From Eledone cirrhosa (lineage: Eukaryota), in the NCBI GenBank assembly GCA_964016885.1, contig OZ024740.1, forward strand, positions 400,396,001-400,460,000: a DNA stretch of 64,000 nucleotides, given 5' to 3'. This document shows positions 14,257-31,051 of the stretch, piece after piece. The notes under the pieces are model-generated. The model was given only the letters and a program-made list of their open reading frames with translations. It ran no database searches and had not been told where the DNA came from. The position numbers and the translations under genes were made by a program. The stretch's first letter is position 1; every line of letters starts with the position of its first letter.

Positions 14257-14381
14257 TGTATGTATGTATGTATGTATGTATGTATGTATGTATGTATGTA
14301 TCTATGTATGTACGTACGTACCTATGTATATATATGTATGTATCTATGCATGTTTGTATCTATGTAGGTATTTTATGTATG

Positions 14382-14418
<37 letters not shown>

Positions 14419-14604
14419 ATATGGGTGAGCAGAATACTGCTGGTTGCACATGGATAACATGTTATAAAATGAGTCCTTCATCAGTGATTTACCAAACGAT
14501 CATGGGTATTTCGTCGCATTAAAAATCATATACCTCACGTTGGAGCGATAATAACTAAAATAAGTTATTAGGACAATAGAAACGCGTAAAGCGAGTGAGA
14601 CAAG

Positions 14605-14640
<36 letters not shown>

Positions 14641-14957
14641 CATGTATGTATATTAAAAGTCCGACTCTAATGTATGCATTAATATGTACAACGTAATCTA
14701 AGACATTTACCCAAAGGGAAATTGATTTAAAACACTAAACGATATTTTTGGCATTTAACAGGTTTAACAGAAAATAGAAATATTTGCTATAAAAATGCCA
14801 ATTGGTAAGTAAGATATATACGCCGGGGAAAATATATACGATTAAAATGACCAAAACTCTATATTTAATCTGAAAACATTTTTATAATTTTATAAGAATG
14901 TTTCTTGGGAATGGTTGCTAATTTACACAAGGAATTTGTTTAAGTGTTGGCTGCAAC

Positions 14958-15015
<58 letters not shown>

Positions 15016-15399
15016 CTCTGAGGGGAATATAACTGAACAGAGATTTCCGAATGCTAAATACTGAAATAGTGAAGTTATTCAGTGTAGTTAATATGTTCAG
15101 AACGTTTCATTTAATGAGATTATCCTTGCAATTAGAAGATCGAATATTCTTAATATTTTATAAAATTTAATATCAAATAAAGAAGGTAACTATACCAAAT
15201 ATCACCATCTAATCCATTTTAGGATTATTGGAACCACTGTTCTGAATGTGTCTTATTTTTACAAGAGAACTAGTGAAAGTAGCAGGCATATTTTAATTTT
15301 GTTAGATCTCATCAGTGGATCATATTCATCTCAGTTGTCAAGAAGTAATGTTAAATATGTGGAGAGGAACAAAAAATAACAATACGGCATCGTGCTCCA

Positions 15400-16240
15400 T
15401 TTAGGTTAACAAGGGACGCGTTTAGACCTTAGGTAGATAGGCCAGTTTGAAAAATATATTGCAGTCGTCATTTCATGCCTCGAAAACTGGGGATAGGACT
15501 GCGGCCTGTCCTGGGGTGGATGCACAAAAATTGTGTATCTCGAGAATCGAAGGACAGTTCGCCGAAATCGAAGGACAGTATACCGTAACAATTAGAACCT
15601 GGAATATTACAACCCTTACAGGTAAGGAACAAATACTAGTGGATGAGTCTAGAAGCTACCTGTTAGATATAGTCGGGGTTTCCTCAACAAAGTTCCATGG
15701 CTCTAATACTGTAGATTTGGATGGAGGATGGAAAACCCACTATTCAGGTGTGGTACCAGAAATGACTGAACAGGCGGGAATAAGGATACTCACAAGACCG
15801 CGGTTGTCAGAATATGTTATGGATTGGATCCCATCGGAAGGGAGGATTTGCCTCTTACAGCTTTGGCTGAAAGATATGTTTCTGTGGGTGGTGCAAGTTT
15901 ATACACAAAACAAGGAGTCGGATTGCAGATCCTTCCTTGATGAAGTCACTGCTGCGTTAGATGTAGTTAAGACTGAGTCATATATCCTGATGAGAGATGT
16001 CAATGCACATGTTGGCACTGACCACCTGACGTGGAAAGGAGTGATTGGAAGGAAAGGCGACACCGATCCAAATACGAAGAGAGACCTTACTAGACTTCTG
16101 TTTTAGCAATGGACTCTCTATTATGAACACCTTCCAGCACAGAGACATCCATAAATATACATGGTATAAGGATAATCAGGAACAGAGATCAATATTTGAT
16201 TATATAATTGTATCTGATCTCTTCGATTCTAAGTTTTGAA
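15400..16240 (+). mobile_element. RTE-clade LINE, AP endonuclease domain (frameshifted)
   Basis: TWNITTLTGKEQILVDE...LDIVGVSST...YSGV...DVNAHVG, then LLDFCFSNGLSIMNTFQHRDIHKYTWY...DYIIVS. Confidence 0.9.
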
Positions 16241-16743
16241 CCGGAAAATATATTTTGTACAAAGGCAAAACGACAGCATTGAGTGATAATCCCTCAATCG
16301 GACACATACACATACATACACATGTATATATATATCATATATACATACATACATGCATACAAACAATGGCGGACTGACCAGGATGCCAGCTTGCCCAATG
16401 GAAGCATTGCAAGAGCCCACAGTAGCATTGCAGGGGCCACTGTAGTATTTTAGGGGCCAATGCTTTGCTTTCAAAAAATTCCTGAAATTTAAGAGAGAGA
16501 ATTTAAAAAAAACAAAAAAAAAACAATTAAACAAAAGCATTTGGTCAACCAATTCCCCAGGGAATTACTAGAAACCAAAATAAATGATAGTGCAAATAGC
16601 TTGAATATAGTGGTTGTACGTTCTACTAAATCTGAAGCTTAGTGTATACATTCCTGCATGCAAACATACATGTATAGACACACACATGCACACACACACA
16701 CACACACACATACACAAACACACACACACAAACACACACACAT

Positions 16744-16845
<102 letters not shown>

Positions 16846-17299
16846 GTATATATTTATATACTTACACATGAACTACTGACCAAATAAAATGTGGTATCAA
16901 TGGGTTAAAGACATCAGTCAAATCAATTAGTGGTGAAGGTGGTATATATATATATATATATATATATGCAAAAGTTCTATTTAAAATTGTTGGGATACAA
17001 CAAGTAAATATTTTTATAACTGATATAAAGCACTCGACAAGTTTTTGGAGTAGATATACGATATTAATAAATGGAAACTATATTTATAAAACCATATTTA
17101 TTTCATTATACATATTTCAGGGATACCACATTAAATTATGGTATGTCTTCATCAGACAAAATACAATATATAACAGTTTTACAAATAGCTTTGACGTACC
17201 CTTTTAAAATACAACCATTACTTTTGGAGGCTGTCTGGATAGTGATTTGTTTATATTATTTTAATAAGTCATAGTGTTAAGCACAATTAGAAACAGACG

Positions 17300-17689
17300 T
17301 TAAATAACAATTGCTTACCTAAAAATGTAGTGTACAATTGTAATGTTAAAACTAATTTAAATTCATTTAACTATGTTGGTTCCACCTCTACAGAATTTAA
17401 ATTTCGCTTCAATAATCATAAGAATTCTTTCACAGATCCAAACAAAAAATCTTCAACTTTGTTATCTAGGGACCTAAAACGAGATAATATTAAATATTCG
17501 ATGAATTGGAATATTATTTCATAAGCTACTCCTTTTAATTGCTCTTCAGAAAATTGTGATCTTTGTATTGAAGAAATATTCTTGATATTAAAGTCCAAAA
17601 ATTCCCTTAATTTAAGGAACAATTTATTCAGTTGCTGCAGGCATAGATTGAACTCAACGTTTAAATATAAATATAAATTTAAAATGTAG
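17300..17689 (+). pseudogene. GIY-YIG endonuclease domain of a Penelope-like element (probably Naiad-type)
   Basis: One frame reads LNNNCLPKNVVYNCNV...YVGSTSTEFKFRFNNHKNSF...STLLS...WNIIS*ATPF...CDLCIEE...LNLRNNLFSCCRH. This shows the VVY/YVG, R..NH, CxxC and CRH pattern of PLE GIY-YIG. One internal TAA. Confidence 0.82.
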
Positions 17690-18570
17690 TATAATTAATT
17701 AAGTAATTTAGTTAATATATGAAACCTGTCGATAATTCATTAGATTCCTTCACCTTTTTCTTTTTAAACTTTCTTCCTAAATATAAAAATGGATATAATA
17801 AACTACTCTAAAATGTCTATACTTCCAATGTGTTAAATAAAATATACGTAAGATAAATTTCTATACTAAATATAAGGTTATCTGTAGAATCATTGGGTTT
17901 TTTAAATCTTTTAAATTATTTTTATTTATTTGTTTTGATTCTGATAGCTTCTCATAACTTTCATAAGTCTACCCTTTCAATATCTTGATTGAGATATACG
18001 TAGGATAAATTTCTATACTAAATATATAAAACATATTATTTTAACTTAAGATACTCTATAGGCTTTTAAAGATATTTAATGCTTTGATATTTCTAGATTT
18101 CTTTTGACTCTACTGATATAGTTGTATTTCCAAAATATATTCCTTTGGTATTTTAAATTTATATTGTTATAGTTATATTTACAAGTTATAATCCTTTAGT
18201 AATATATTGATATTTGATTATCTCTATACAAATGCATATAAAGTGTTATAGGTTTTTTGTGTTTGTATATATGTCTGTATATATACATGAGCGATGCGGG
18301 AGGACGCACGCAAATATTTATTTATGCATATGTATGTATATATATCTATGTGGGTGAGAGCTATGTTGCAGATATGCATAATATTAAATACATGAATGGT
18401 AATCGTATATATGAGGACATGAATATTAATCGTATATATTTATGTATATATACTGTGAACTTTTTATAACACAAAGAATGTATATCAGTGATTAAGAGAA
18501 ATCATTTACGTTTTGTATGGCTATATTGTTGGCTTGAGTAAACATAATTTCTATTTTCAGGACGTGCGTA

Positions 18571-18601
<31 letters not shown>

Positions 18602-19218
18602 TTGTATGTCTTTGCATAAGATAATGATCTCTATAGCAAGGGTACATTTTGAATGATTTAACTCAGATTTCGGTATATTGATCTCAAGTATTTAAACTAA
18701 ACATATAGTCATTATTGAACAATGTTTAATTTCTCATATTATATATCTATGTCCCATTCATGAATATTGATATTTATATTTTTATTATTCTTTTCATATA
18801 AATTGTTAACTCAACTTAATATGACATGACGTAAAGTTTTCATTGTCTCCCCCTCTCTCTATATAGTCTATATAGTTCTCTCTCTTGAGTTTTTCTATCT
18901 GTATGATGACTTGATATCTCTCTGTTGCTTTCCTTTGTTTTTCTTATTTCTTCCTTTTTTCTTTCTTTTTTATTTCCTCCTATCTTTATTTATCTCTTTC
19001 TTTTCTCCATACATTTCTCTCTCCGATATTTTTCAAGGTTTTCTTTCTCTCTCTCCGTCTTTTTTCTTTTTTTCTTTCTCTCCGTCTTTTTCTAATTGTG
19101 CTTAACACTATGACTTATTAAAATAATATAAACAAATCACTATCCGGACAGCCTCCAAAAGTAGTGGTTGTATTTTAAAAGGGTACGTCAAAGCTATTTG
19201 TAAAACTGTTATATATTG

Positions 19219-19283
19219 TATTTTGTCTGATGAAGGCATACCATAATTTAATGTGGTATCCCTGAAATATGTATAATGAAATA
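19219..19283 (+). ncRNA. Hammerhead ribozyme in family A pseudo-LTR
   Basis: tattttgt-CTGATGA-agg.atacca...tggtat.cct-GAAA-tatgta-TA-atgaaata. 8-bp stem I with two G-U pairs. Homologous copies at ~17100-17165(-), ~28635-28700(-), ~47445-47510(+), ~55705-55770(-) and 55960-56024(+). Confidence 0.75.
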
Positions 19284-19323
19284 AATATGGTTTTATAAAT
19301 ATAGTTTCCATTTATTAATATCG

Positions 19324-19417
<94 letters not shown>

Positions 19418-19701
19418 TTATAAATTACTCCGAAGAATCCAAACCTTCGGTTTGGAGGAAACAGTTGTAGGCATAAACATGTTTTGAACAGTTCTTTGAT
19501 TCTTATAATTCATATAACTGCTCTGTAAATCATCTGATGTTATTACATTGAGCTATTTAACTTACTGGTAATAAGGTAGTAATATATTACTGCCTACCAC
19601 TATTTAGGGTTTATAAAAATATATATAACTACAAAAGGTTTTTGTATTTGCATAACCATAAATAGTATAATTAATTAATACTATATACACATATATATAT
19701 A

Positions 19702-19900
19702 TTAGAAAATGAGGGTTTTTTTACAAAATGAAAAAAAACGAGATGTCCTACACTAGTGAAAGTATAAGGAAAAAATATGAAATCGAAAATGCAACTGGAG
19801 TCTTTTGAAGATTATTTATTTGGTTCCTTTACCGGTTTCGCAGTTCTTATGCTTTTCAAAAGTAAGATTGATATGGAGGGTCTATGGTTATTCTCGCATC
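19702..19900 (-). mobile_element. Family E terminal fragment with variant hammerhead-like core
   Basis: Minus strand reads ctt-TTGAAAA-gca...tgc-GAAA-ccgg-TA-aagg at 19826-19862. Copies at 32602-32812 and 28416-28455. Confidence 0.62.
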
Positions 19901-20435
19901 TGGTTGGTGTTCCAATGTTACTTCTGTTTTATATGGAAAAAGGTGGCTCGAAATGGTAGGTTTTTAGATAAAGTAATTTGGTTGGTTGATGACTGTTATG
20001 TGAATAGGAGAGGGGCGGCGGGGGGGGGGGGGGGGGGTTCTCAGATTGTTTTTTCATATATGAGTGAAATTTGGTTGGTTGATGCAGTCACGTAAATAAG
20101 CACATCAACTTTCGCGCCAGTGTGTGTTTGAGTTTCTTTTTACTTAAAATAGTGGCTCAGAAACGTTTTTTTTATAAATGTAATTTGATTGGTTATAAAT
20201 GAAATTATGACTGTCACGTGAACAAGTACATTAAATTTCGCGCCCGTACTTTGGAATTTGTTGTAGCCATTTAGAGAATTTTGTGCCAAACAAAAGGTAA
20301 TGGTCAAGAAAAAAATGGATCGGAAGAATTGTTTTGGTTCAATGAGTATGGCTCATGTGCTGAGGTGTCAAAATTCAGACTTTCTATTGAAATAAAGAAA
20401 GTAGAGATATGTATTTTTAATTGTATGCTGGTGTA

Positions 20436-20504
<69 letters not shown>

Positions 20505-20635
20505 GAAAATGATTCTATTAGTAGAAATGTGGGAGGAAGTTATGTGTGTGTATGTGTGTGTGGGAGTATGGTTAGCATGTTAAGATGGATAGAATATATA
20601 TTTGTGTGTGTGTGTGTGAGTATAGATATAAATAA

Positions 20636-20683
<48 letters not shown>

Positions 20684-20910
20684 GATGTGTGTATATATAT
20701 ATATAGTGAGTGTGAAAGACCAAAGGTCATTATTGAAAGTCCTTGGCTTTCGCAAAATACAGATTTTTTATTCGAGAAGGTAAGATGTTTTTCCGCAAAA
20801 ATTTGATTGTACTTTTTGTTTCAAGTTATGTATTTTTCAAAAATGTTATTTATTCATTATAAAAATTAAATGACAGGTGGGCCCCCAATATTTTTAGACG
20901 TAGTCCACCA

Positions 20911-20956
<46 letters not shown>

Positions 20957-21046
20957 TATATATATACTATATATATACACTATATATACACTATATATAT
21001 ACACTATATATACACTATATATATATACACTGTATATATATATATA

Positions 21047-21237
21047 AAGAACCAATAATGAATAAATGCAAAAACAAAGAGTACATATATGCAAAATGAT
21101 CCATATGATTGTCAATCTGTCCATGCATAGATCGAATTGAGGAGGCTTCTGTTCAAATGCGATTTGGTGCAGGGAAATGGATCATTTTGCATATATGTAC
21201 TCTGTGTTTTTGCATTTATTCATTATTGGTTCTTTTC
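21047..21237. repeat. Inverted repeat, ~57 bp arms, next to (TA)n
   Basis: aagaaccaataatgaataaatgcaaaaac...aatgatccat vs atggatcattttgc...ttattggttctt. Confidence 0.85.
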
Positions 21238-22123
21238 TTTTATGTCTGTTTTTCTTTGGTATTGTTCCATGTGATGGAAATTATGACTGTGTACCAGATT
21301 GACTAATGCCTTGAATACTGTAGCTTGCCCTCCGTTCTAATGTACGGCACTGTCGTTCAATATGTGGATGGAGTAACTGTGACACTAGAACCCCTCTCAA
21401 AACTTCTTACTTAAACATCTCTCTCCCTATTATTTACTCACTTCAATCTATATTTTTTTGCTCACTTCAATCCGAATTCTCACTTGGGAAAAAAATGTTT
21501 AACTTTTAATTTCTAATTGTTCATTTTTTAATTGTTTAATTTATAATTTCTGATACTTGATTTAGGACTTTAATTTTTATTTCCAACTCTCACTCTTAAC
21601 TTACAATGTAAAACCATGATACCTAGAACTAAGTTTATTTTCCCTTTGAGTTGATGGTCAGTCGTACTGTCCACGCTTGGTGAGAGGTAGTATTATGACC
21701 TGTAAAAACTAACACTCTCCCATCCCCTCTGGCTTTCGACTGACTGCCACAGTCGTGATGGGTAGCAGTAAACTATGGTACGGGCCAGTGTGTGGCTGAG
21801 AGGGTGAACTGACTAAGCGAATTTCGTTGAAATCTGCGGTAGCTAATGGTCAACTTCCTTCGGACATGCGCATGCGCAGACCGGAGGGGGTGAATTGGTA
21901 CTCACAGGGGAACGGGTGAGAAACCCAAAAGCACGCATTTCATCCGTTCCCATGTCGATTCAATTTGGATTGCCTCGGAAACATAACCTTATTATGTAAC
22001 AAGCTGTCTGATGGTGTTACGACACTCGCACACAGAACAGTGTGGCCAGTGTCGCCATTGAAATATATATCACAGCATAATTGTTAAAGGACTTGAACAT
22101 CTGAAACTACTTCGCTTTTCCTT

Positions 22124-22151
<28 letters not shown>

Positions 22152-22175
<24 letters not shown>

Positions 22176-22978
22176 GCCAATGATTCTAAGTTTGAATCTA
22201 ACTGACATGAAAAAACATATATATAGGAATAATGTAGGCCCTAATCATACTAGATTCAAATATCATAAAGAGAGAGAGAGAGAGAGAGAGGGGAGAAGGA
22301 GGAAGGGGTGGGTGGGGATGTGGAGAAATGAGTTGCAACAGAAATGAAACATGGATTACAGGTTAAAATGTAGTCTAGACAGATGAGAAACGAAATGAGG
22401 ATGTATTTATGGAACACCCAAATGGTTTAGAAGTCGACCTTAAGTAGGGGCAATAACATTAAGAAAAACATGAATGACACAACAACACTTTGTTTAGAAA
22501 ATTTTGAAAGTAGTTTTATAAATATGAACTTTCATAAGATGTTTTTTTGTCTCTGTGGCCTAGCGGTAGGTACTAGAGACGGTGGAGATCCTGACCTTGG
22601 GTTCAATTCTGGTCAAGAGGTTCATGTAAACTTTTTCAGTTTTAATTTTACAACCAATAGAAAAAAACTGAAAATGTTTACTTGCGACTCTACTCCCGAC
22701 CAGGTTCGAACTCAGACCAGGACCACCACCGTCTATGATCCCTTGCACTAGGCTACCGAGACAGCTACAAAAGTACAATGAAAATTGATAATTATAAACC
22801 TACTTTCAATATCAAAGTTAAAAAGATTTGGTGTTGTTCATGGCTTTCCTGGAGCTATTAGTAATATTTTGCGTTGACTTGTCAATCTTCTGGGCCGTTG
22901 GTAACAACCTTATTATACATATGTGTGTTTAACGGTTGAATTAATTTAATTTGACTATTTTAGCAATAAATAAAAAAG

Positions 22979-23048
<70 letters not shown>

Positions 23049-23660
23049 GCCAATCATTGTAAGTTTGAATGTGACATGCAAAACATATATATGAATAAAG
23101 TAAGCCAAAATCATAGTAGATTCAAATATCACAGAGAAAAAACGAAAGAGGGGGGGGAGAAACGAGGTGCAACAGAAATGAAACATGGATTACAGGTTAA
23201 AATATAGTTTAGATATATGTGAAACAAAACGAGGTTGTATGGAACACTCAACTGATGTTATGGAACACTCAACTGATTTAGAAGTCGGCCTTAAGTAGGA
23301 GCAATAACATTAAGAAAAATATGAACGACACAACAACACTGTGAACATTTTGAAAGTAGGTTTATAAGTATGAATTTTCAGAAGATTTTCGTAGTTGACT
23401 CTGTGGCTTAACTGTAGGTAGGAGAGACGGTGGAGATCCTGGCCTTAGTTTCAACCCTGGTCAAGAGGTACATGTAAGCTTTTTCAGTTTTTATTTTACA
23501 AGCAATAGAAAAAACTGGAAAGGTTTACCGGGAACCCTACTCCCGACCAGGATCGAACTTCAGACCAGGAGCACCAAGTCTATGATTCCTCCAACTAGGC
23601 TACCGGGACAGCTACAAAAGTATAAAGAAAATTGATAATTATAAACCTATTCTGAAAAGT
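22152..23660 (+). repeat. Two diverged direct copies of a ~650 bp unit, each containing a pair of inverted tRNA-like motifs
   Basis: 22152-22810 aligns with 23045-23660. Each copy starts taatgccaat directly after (TA)n. Confidence 0.85.
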
Positions 23661-24678
23661 ATGCCCATACATACATACATGCCTATATATATATATACAT
23701 ATACACACACACTTATATACATACATAATAAATACATACATATATATATACACACATATATATATACACACAATTATATACATATATACATCCATTCATA
23801 CATACATACATTCATACATACACACACACATACATACATATGTATATAATGGAATCTTGGGTATATACATAAATATATACATGTATACATAAGTGTATAC
23901 ATACGTACATGTAAACTGAAAAAATACCCATACGCCCGCACTCTCAAAATATCATGAGCACAGAAATACTTTTATCACATCAACAAGAAGCACACAAACT
24001 GTTAGACTTAGACGTAACAGAAATAACATAACAGAGTATACGTTCGGCAATATGTTTCTCATTCCACTCTTTGCCAATAGAATTCACACACAAACGCTCC
24101 CTTAACTTTGCTTTTGAAATGTTTTATTTGCTGTCGTCGTCTTAGATTTTTTCTATGTTATTGTAGATTTTATGTTATTGTTTTTACTGGAGTATTTTTT
24201 TTGCTATCATTATTTTACCTTATTTCAGTTTATTTTCGCTATCATTATATTACTGTATTTTTGGTAATATTATTTTATTATTTATATGTTTTGTTCATTT
24301 GGTTTCGGTTAAGGTTCAGGTTTTCCCTTTTTATTTGTATTCTTTTAGTTTACGCTCCTACCTTTTCTTTCAATAGTCTCTCTAAAAATCTCTTTTACTT
24401 GTTCCTCCACTTCTCTTCTACAAACATTTACTTATTTATTCTTTAAATCCGTTTAACCGCAACCCTTCCACATCATTACACCTCACACACGCTCACACAG
24501 GTTTATAAAATAAAGTCACATACACATACGCACACAAGGACACTATACAAATAACACAAACACACACATACTCAGACCTACACATAGAAATACAAACGGA
24601 AAAATAAATTAAAATATAAAATAATACAAAAGCAAAAGAAAAGGAAACATAACTAAACACATAAAAATACAATTAGGC

Positions 24679-28200
<3,522 letters not shown>

Positions 28201-28399
28201 GGTAGGTCCCGGGTTGAGTCGGGGATAACCACAGTAAGTAAGGTACTCAACACATGGCAGAGTAAAATTTTTTTATTTTATAGAAGGAACTTCTACAGGA
28301 CTAGTACTGTTTCATTCAGATGAAATCTTCAGGAAGCGCTTCCTGAAGATTTCATCTGAATGAAACAGTACTAGTCCTGTAGAAGTTCCTTCTATAAAA
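28201..28399. mobile_element. Family C fold-back remnant
   Basis: ~75 bp tail plus perfect ~62 bp-arm palindrome centred at 28337/28338. Relatives at 25755-25890 and 32356-32525. Confidence 0.88.
28339..28385 (+). ncRNA. Hammerhead ribozyme (identical mirror copy on minus strand 28290-28336)
   Basis: cttc-CTGAAGA-t-ttc-atct-gaa-t-GAA-ACAG-tactagtc-CTGT-A-gaag. True hairpin stem III; GUA triplet. Confidence 0.8.
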
Positions 28400-28490
28400 A
28401 ATATATATATATATAAAGAAAAAAAGATGAAATTGAAAATGCAACTGGAGTCTTATTTAAAAATATATATATATATTTATTTTATTCACA

Positions 28491-28573
<83 letters not shown>

Positions 28574-28592
28574 ATACATATATATATATATA

Positions 28593-28906
28593 CGATATTA
28601 ATAAATGGAAACTATATTTATAAAACCATATTTATTTCATTATACATATTTCAGGGATACCAAATTAAATTATGGTATGCCTTCATCAGACAAAATACAA
28701 TATATAACAGTTTTACAAATAAGCTTTGACGTACCCTATTAAAATGCAACTATTTTTTTTGGAAGCCTTCCGGATAGTGAGTTGTTTATATTATTTTAAT
28801 AAGTCATAGTGTTAAGGACAATTAGAAAAAAATGGTTGCATTTTAATAGGGTACGTCAAATGAAATAAATATGGTTTTATAAATATAGTTTCCATTTATT
28901 AATATC

Positions 28907-28907
<1 letters not shown>
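28593..28907. mobile_element. Family A fold-back remnant (right arm internally deleted)
   Basis: Homologous to 17059-17290, followed by partial inverted copy 28835-28907. (TA)n flanks. Confidence 0.85.
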
Positions 28908-28949
<42 letters not shown>

Positions 28950-29173
28950 TATATACACACATATATATATATACATTTGTGTTCGCTTTAGTGTATGTCT
29001 GTGTGTATGCGAGTCGATGTATGTGTGTGTGTATAGATATACACGACAATTGCTCTGTGAAGTTACTTTCATTCAATCTATTGGAACTGCCCTATGGATT
29101 ATATGGGAAACGTACATGCAGCATTTAATTATTGATTGTACACACACATTAAGTTTTAAGTCCTTTCTCTCTC

Positions 29174-29543
<370 letters not shown>

Positions 29544-29688
29544 TATTCAGGCTTAAATTGCATAATTAACAGCCGGTTCTGTTCGTTCGTGTCTCGAAAT
29601 TTGCATCAGCCCTATTGATACACATACACGCGCAACCATATGCAGACATACAAACACACACTCACACGCACACATATATATATTTATA

Positions 29689-29781
<93 letters not shown>

Positions 29782-30122
29782 TAGATATAGATAAATAGAT
29801 AGATAGATAGATATATATATGTAATCTGAGTTTTTCGAATATTAATAACATTCGATTCGTTTACAATGATGAAAACAGCTTCTTTTAAGCTATGTCAGTA
29901 GAATGAGGCCCTCATTCTTGCTCTTGTGTTTGGATGTTAACAGAACTGCTGAGATAAAGGTTTCTAGGTGATTACCCTTCATCAGTGCACTTTACTGTTC
30001 ACCTGTCAACTGCCAGAGTTAGTCTACACAATTGCAAACGAATCGAATATTATTATTAATATTCGAAAAAATCATATTACATTTACTGTATTCAGCCATG
30101 TAGAGCGATAACTTGTTGTTAG

Positions 30123-30191
<69 letters not shown>

Positions 30192-30386
30192 TATATATGT
30201 ATATATATATATCTTTGTATGGGACTAAAAACGTAACTGGGCTACCATTCAGTGGTTTATCAGTGAAGCTTATAGTGGTACGAACAAGAGAATTTATGAA
30301 ATACAAAGATTTTAGTGACCAGAAAGTTGCATCAGGTCGCATCAAAGTGAAACCAAGGGACTATTGAAGAGCAGTGACTGCGGTGC

Positions 30387-30417
<31 letters not shown>

Positions 30418-30794
30418 AGACTTTTCAGTGGCTGATAATACCTACGGGCGCCACTCGAATAAGGTAATTATTTAACCCATAAATGGGGCCCTAACAGGTT
30501 CTACTATTCCGGGCCAGAGCAGACATGGGAGTTATGACAACTAACGGGTAACTCCACATTCCGCACAGTTCCAGAACTGGAGCCTTGCCACTGGATGTAG
30601 TTTAATGTCGTACCCATTTATATATATGTGTGTGTGTGTATATATATATATTTGAGAGTGGATTCTCAAGCGTGAAACAAATATTAACATTTTGTACTGC
30701 CACTCCGCTTCCACATTGTTGTTTTTTTGTTTACTGTTTCAATTATAGAATATATATACAAGCTTACACGGCCTTTACGCCACCCTATATATAT

Positions 30795-31018
30795 GGTTAT
30801 GCTTTGGGAAGGTCATGTTGCCAATAAGAAACACACGCACCTGTGCTTTCACTCCAATTTATTATAAATAAAATTTATAAATTTAATTTATAATAAATTG
30901 GAGTGAAACAACTGGTGCGTGTGTTTCTTATTGGCAACATGACCCTCCCAAAGCATAACAATATCGGTTTCAACACACGTTTTCAGATAAAGAATCTTGC
31001 TAAACAAATTCAGAAACG

Positions 31019-31020
<2 letters not shown>
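30795..31020. mobile_element. Family D fold-back remnant
   Basis: gttatgctttgggaaggtcatgttgccaataagaaacacacgcacc is mirrored by ggtgcgtgtgtttcttattggcaacatgaccctcccaaagcataac, plus ~55 bp tail. Third copy at 32975-33046. Confidence 0.88.

Positions 31021-31051
<31 letters not shown>

Larger units (their letters stand above)
16968..19323 (+). mobile_element. 5'-truncated Penelope-like element with inverted pseudo-LTR (family A)
   Basis: 17059-17299 is the inverse of 19083-19323, with an extra ~90 bp tail at 16968-17058. GIY-YIG starts at the inversion junction. Hammerhead at 19219-19283 is on the same strand as GIY-YIG. (TA)n at both ends. Confidence 0.8.

Noticed and set aside
17690-19080. 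SECIS element downstream of GIY-YIG
   Set aside because: The internal stop in the remnant is TAA, not TGA, and no convincing ATGA/AA/GA stem is visible.
22545-22620. Functional tRNA gene
   Set aside because: A/B-box-like motifs are present but I cannot form a cloverleaf or anticodon arm; kept as tRNA-like only.
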